Assembly: GCF_000012545.1 (NCBI RefSeq)
Contig: NC_007681.1
Span: forward strand, 1,620,001-1,652,000
Direction: 5' to 3'
DNA length: 32,000 nt
Source: Methanosphaera stadtmanae DSM 3091
GTDB taxonomy: Archaea > Methanobacteriota > Methanobacteria > Methanobacteriales > Methanobacteriaceae
The position numbers and the translations under genes are program-made. Below, in pieces: positions 29,792-32,000 of the stretch (within the stretch, counting starts at the first letter, position 1; every line of letters begins with the position of its first letter). Under the pieces are notes generated by a model that did no database searches, was not told where the DNA came from, and worked only from the letters and a program-made list of their open reading frames with translations.

Positions 29792-31951
29792 TTAATCATC
29801 ATCCCAAAATTTCAACATCTCATTTTTAAAGAATTTATGAAGATTTTCTGCACCAACAATTTTATTATTCAACTTCCAACAACTAGGATATAAAATAAAA
29901 GGTTCCTGTTGTAGGCCACCAACACCACCATGACTACCAATTAATTCCTCAAAAGCATAAACCTCACCAGTATCCTCATCATAACTACTATTAACAAGTA
30001 TATCTGGAACATGTTCAAAGGAATCAGTACGTCTTAAGTGATTAGCCACATTATCACCAAATTTATCTAAAAAGGGCCTACCTTCATATTTATCCTCATC
30101 AAGATAATAAATACTATCATCACATAAAACAATAGAACCATAAACTGCTGATTTAACCATGATAAAACCAATACCATTATGAGATGCAAGGCTAGATAAA
30201 AGTCCTGGAAAAGCATCCTCAATCTGTTCATAAGTTAATCTTACAGACCAATCAGTAAAATAAATCAATCCAAGATTACCTGATGCTAGAACAATACTTT
30301 GAGCAGTCTTATTAGATGTAATAATATCATCATATAATTTAAAATCACTACTAACTTCTTCAGTTAAAGTTCTAAGCTTATCAAAAACAGGCATATCTGA
30401 ATCAATAATAGAATACCTCTTTTTTAAAGTTTTAAAGGAATTTTTCTCCTTAATATCCCTAATACAAAATTTAATTCCCTCAATAGTATCATCAATCCTA
30501 TCTTTATTACCCCTATATTTTTTAAGACCAAGAGATTCATAGAAATGATCATCATTAGAATGAAGAATACTATGAACAGTAATATTACTAGGAAGATTTC
30601 TACTAACTAAATCTTCCAAAGTATAACCAAACTTCTGCTTAAATGTAGGTCCCCCTGACTGACCATGATCAGATAAAACAACCAAATGATAATTATTACC
30701 AGATTCATAAATACTTCGATTTAACTGCCTAAACTGCTTATCAAGATGATTCAAAGCATAAAAAGCATCCCAATCACGAATACCAGAGTGATGAGCAATT
30801 TCATCATAACCCATATATGTAGCATAAATCACATTATATTTACCACTGAAAATATCACCAATAAGAGAAATGGTAGTAGCCTCACGCATAACAACATTAG
30901 CTCCAGCTCTAGCAACAAAATACGATAAATTTCTACGAAGTCTTGGATAAACACTACAAACAAACTGACGAATACGAGAAAATAATTCTAAACAAACATC
31001 CCCCATAAACAACACAATAATTCTAGTAATAAAATATGGATTAGAATACAAATAATACCATGTAGTTGTAAGAAGAGATCTTTTACTTGCAAACTTACTG
31101 AATGTTAAAATATAATCACTAGCATCCCCTGAAAAGAGATTAGACCTACTGGCTCCATTAAATGAGAGCAAACCCCTACCATTAGATATATGATTTTCAA
31201 TATAAGTAGAATCAGAAAAACCATTAGAAGAAACAATTCTATTATTATTTTCCTTTTCAACCCATCTGAAAGCTGGAATATCTTTATTATTACCATGTAA
31301 AATACCAGCCTGAGAAGCACCAGTTTGACTAGAAAGATCAGTCTCCCAAGAAGTAAGAATATGAGAACCCTCATCAATCCAACTTTTTAAAGTAGGCATA
31401 TCCCCCTTTTCAATAGCTTCAACAAGAATATCTTTTGCTAAACCATCAATTTCAAGGAAGATAAAACCATCCTTATCACGAATACCCCTAGAATTTTGTA
31501 ATTCCTTCTTTAAAATACTACTATAATAGAGTGAATCCTCATGAATATCTAAAACAATCGATACAAAAGAATTAATAATAGCAATAAGAAGTGGAATTGT
31601 AAATAAAGACATACCCCCAATGGAAACACCTGGAATAAACATGTCTAAAATCCATAAAATAAATCCATCAAAAATAAAGGTACCAAAACCAAAAGTAACA
31701 ACTAAAAATCGTAGCGAAATATATGATAAAATCGGCCATAACAATCCATTAAAAAAAGATAACAATAAAACAATAATAAATGCTACAACAAATGATGGAA
31801 CAGTTATACCACCAAAAATAGAAACAAAAACTAAAAAAAGAACAACATCCACAAATAATAATAAAACATATTTCATTACTCTTGAACTAAAACCAATAAC
31901 ATCCACAAACACTCCCCCCAGAACAATAAAATAAAAAAAGAAATATTCCAT
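29792..31951 (-). CDS. Membrane-anchored alkaline-phosphatase-superfamily enzyme (type I phosphodiesterase/nucleotide pyrophosphatase-like) with an N-terminal 4-5 TM holin-family-4-like domain
   Basis: The N-terminal roughly 150 aa are hydrophobic. The remainder carries FLEIDGLA (metal-binding Asp), SSQTGASQAGILHG (candidate nucleophile Thr), YDEIAHHSG and VVLSDHGQSGG. I prefer ATG 31951 (MEYFFFYF); the track ORF starts at TTG 31969. Confidence 0.8.
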   Translation of the reverse strand: MEYFFFYFIVLGGVFVDVIGFSSRVMKYVLLLFVDVVLFLVFVSIFGGITVPSFVVAFIIVLLLSFFNGLLWPILSYISLRFLVVTFGFGTFIFDGFILWILDMFIPGVSIGGMSLFTIPLLIAIINSFVSIVLDIHEDSLYYSSILKKELQNSRGIRDKDGFIFLEIDGLAKDILVEAIEKGDMPTLKSWIDEGSHILTSWETDLSSQTGASQAGILHGNNKDIPAFRWVEKENNNRIVSSNGFSDSTYIENHISNGRGLLSFNGASRSNLFSGDASDYILTFSKFASKRSLLTTTWYYLYSNPYFITRIIVLFMGDVCLELFSRIRQFVCSVYPRLRRNLSYFVARAGANVVMREATTISLIGDIFSGKYNVIYATYMGYDEIAHHSGIRDWDAFYALNHLDKQFRQLNRSIYESGNNYHLVVLSDHGQSGGPTFKQKFGYTLEDLVSRNLPSNITVHSILHSNDDHFYESLGLKKYRGNKDRIDDTIEGIKFCIRDIKEKNSFKTLKKRYSIIDSDMPVFDKLRTLTEEVSSDFKLYDDIITSNKTAQSIVLASGNLGLIYFTDWSVRLTYEQIEDAFPGLLSSLASHNGIGFIMVKSAVYGSIVLCDDSIYYLDEDKYEGRPFLDKFGDNVANHLRRTDSFEHVPDILVNSSYDEDTGEVYAFEELIGSHGGVGGLQQEPFILYPSCWKLNNKIVGAENLHKFFKNEMLKFWDDD

Positions 31952-32000
31952 AAAGGGAATATTTTCCAAAAAATCAACTAAAATTCAATATAATCATAAC

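Noticed and set aside
1-32000. Search for tRNA, rRNA or other structured RNA genes as GC-rich islands
   Set aside because: No GC-rich non-coding island stands out in any intergenic region. All gaps are under 270 bp and strongly AT-rich. I cannot exclude small ncRNAs without covariance-model searches.

Overview
This is an AT-rich archaeal chromosome segment, roughly 30% GC by eye. It most likely comes from a Methanobacteriales methanogen (Methanosphaera/Methanobrevibacter-like). Supporting markers are an F430-pathway NifD-like gene (cfbD), an archaeal-type SAM synthetase, an Isf-type iron-sulfur flavoprotein, a DmrX-like flavoprotein and a giant Asn/Thr-rich adhesin-like protein.

Gene content is mostly housekeeping and densely packed, largely on the minus strand:
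- A 7-cistron Mrp/Mbh-type membrane-module operon that runs off the left edge.
- A DUF457 membrane hydrolase, argG, and a CoADR/Nox-family flavoprotein.
- A ychF-like GTPase, degenerate nucleotide-sugar-dehydrogenase homologue and cfbD operon.
- cbiE.
- A 2214-aa secreted adhesin-like protein (beta-helix plus about 13 Ig-like modules).
- An ileS-purL-M50 protease operon.
- An Isf-like flavoprotein and archaeal metK.
- At the right end: a DUF192 protein, a metallophosphoesterase, a flavoprotein-ferredoxin fusion and a membrane-anchored alkaline-phosphatase-superfamily enzyme.

I see no rRNA, tRNA, CRISPR array, transposase, integrase or recognisable defence genes. I found no convincing novel multi-gene system, and the window looks largely ordinary.

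The observations most worth a second look are:
1. A near-identical 2 x 855-bp tandem duplication inside the adhesin gene.
2. A catalytically degenerate UDP-sugar-dehydrogenase-like protein whose stop overlaps the cfbD start.
3. An orientation-independent strand-composition and codon-usage regime (A and C enriched on the + strand, no Shine-Dalgarno sites) from about 27.6 kb to the right edge.
4. An MrpA-less Mrp module that probably belongs to an energy-converting hydrogenase lying beyond the window.
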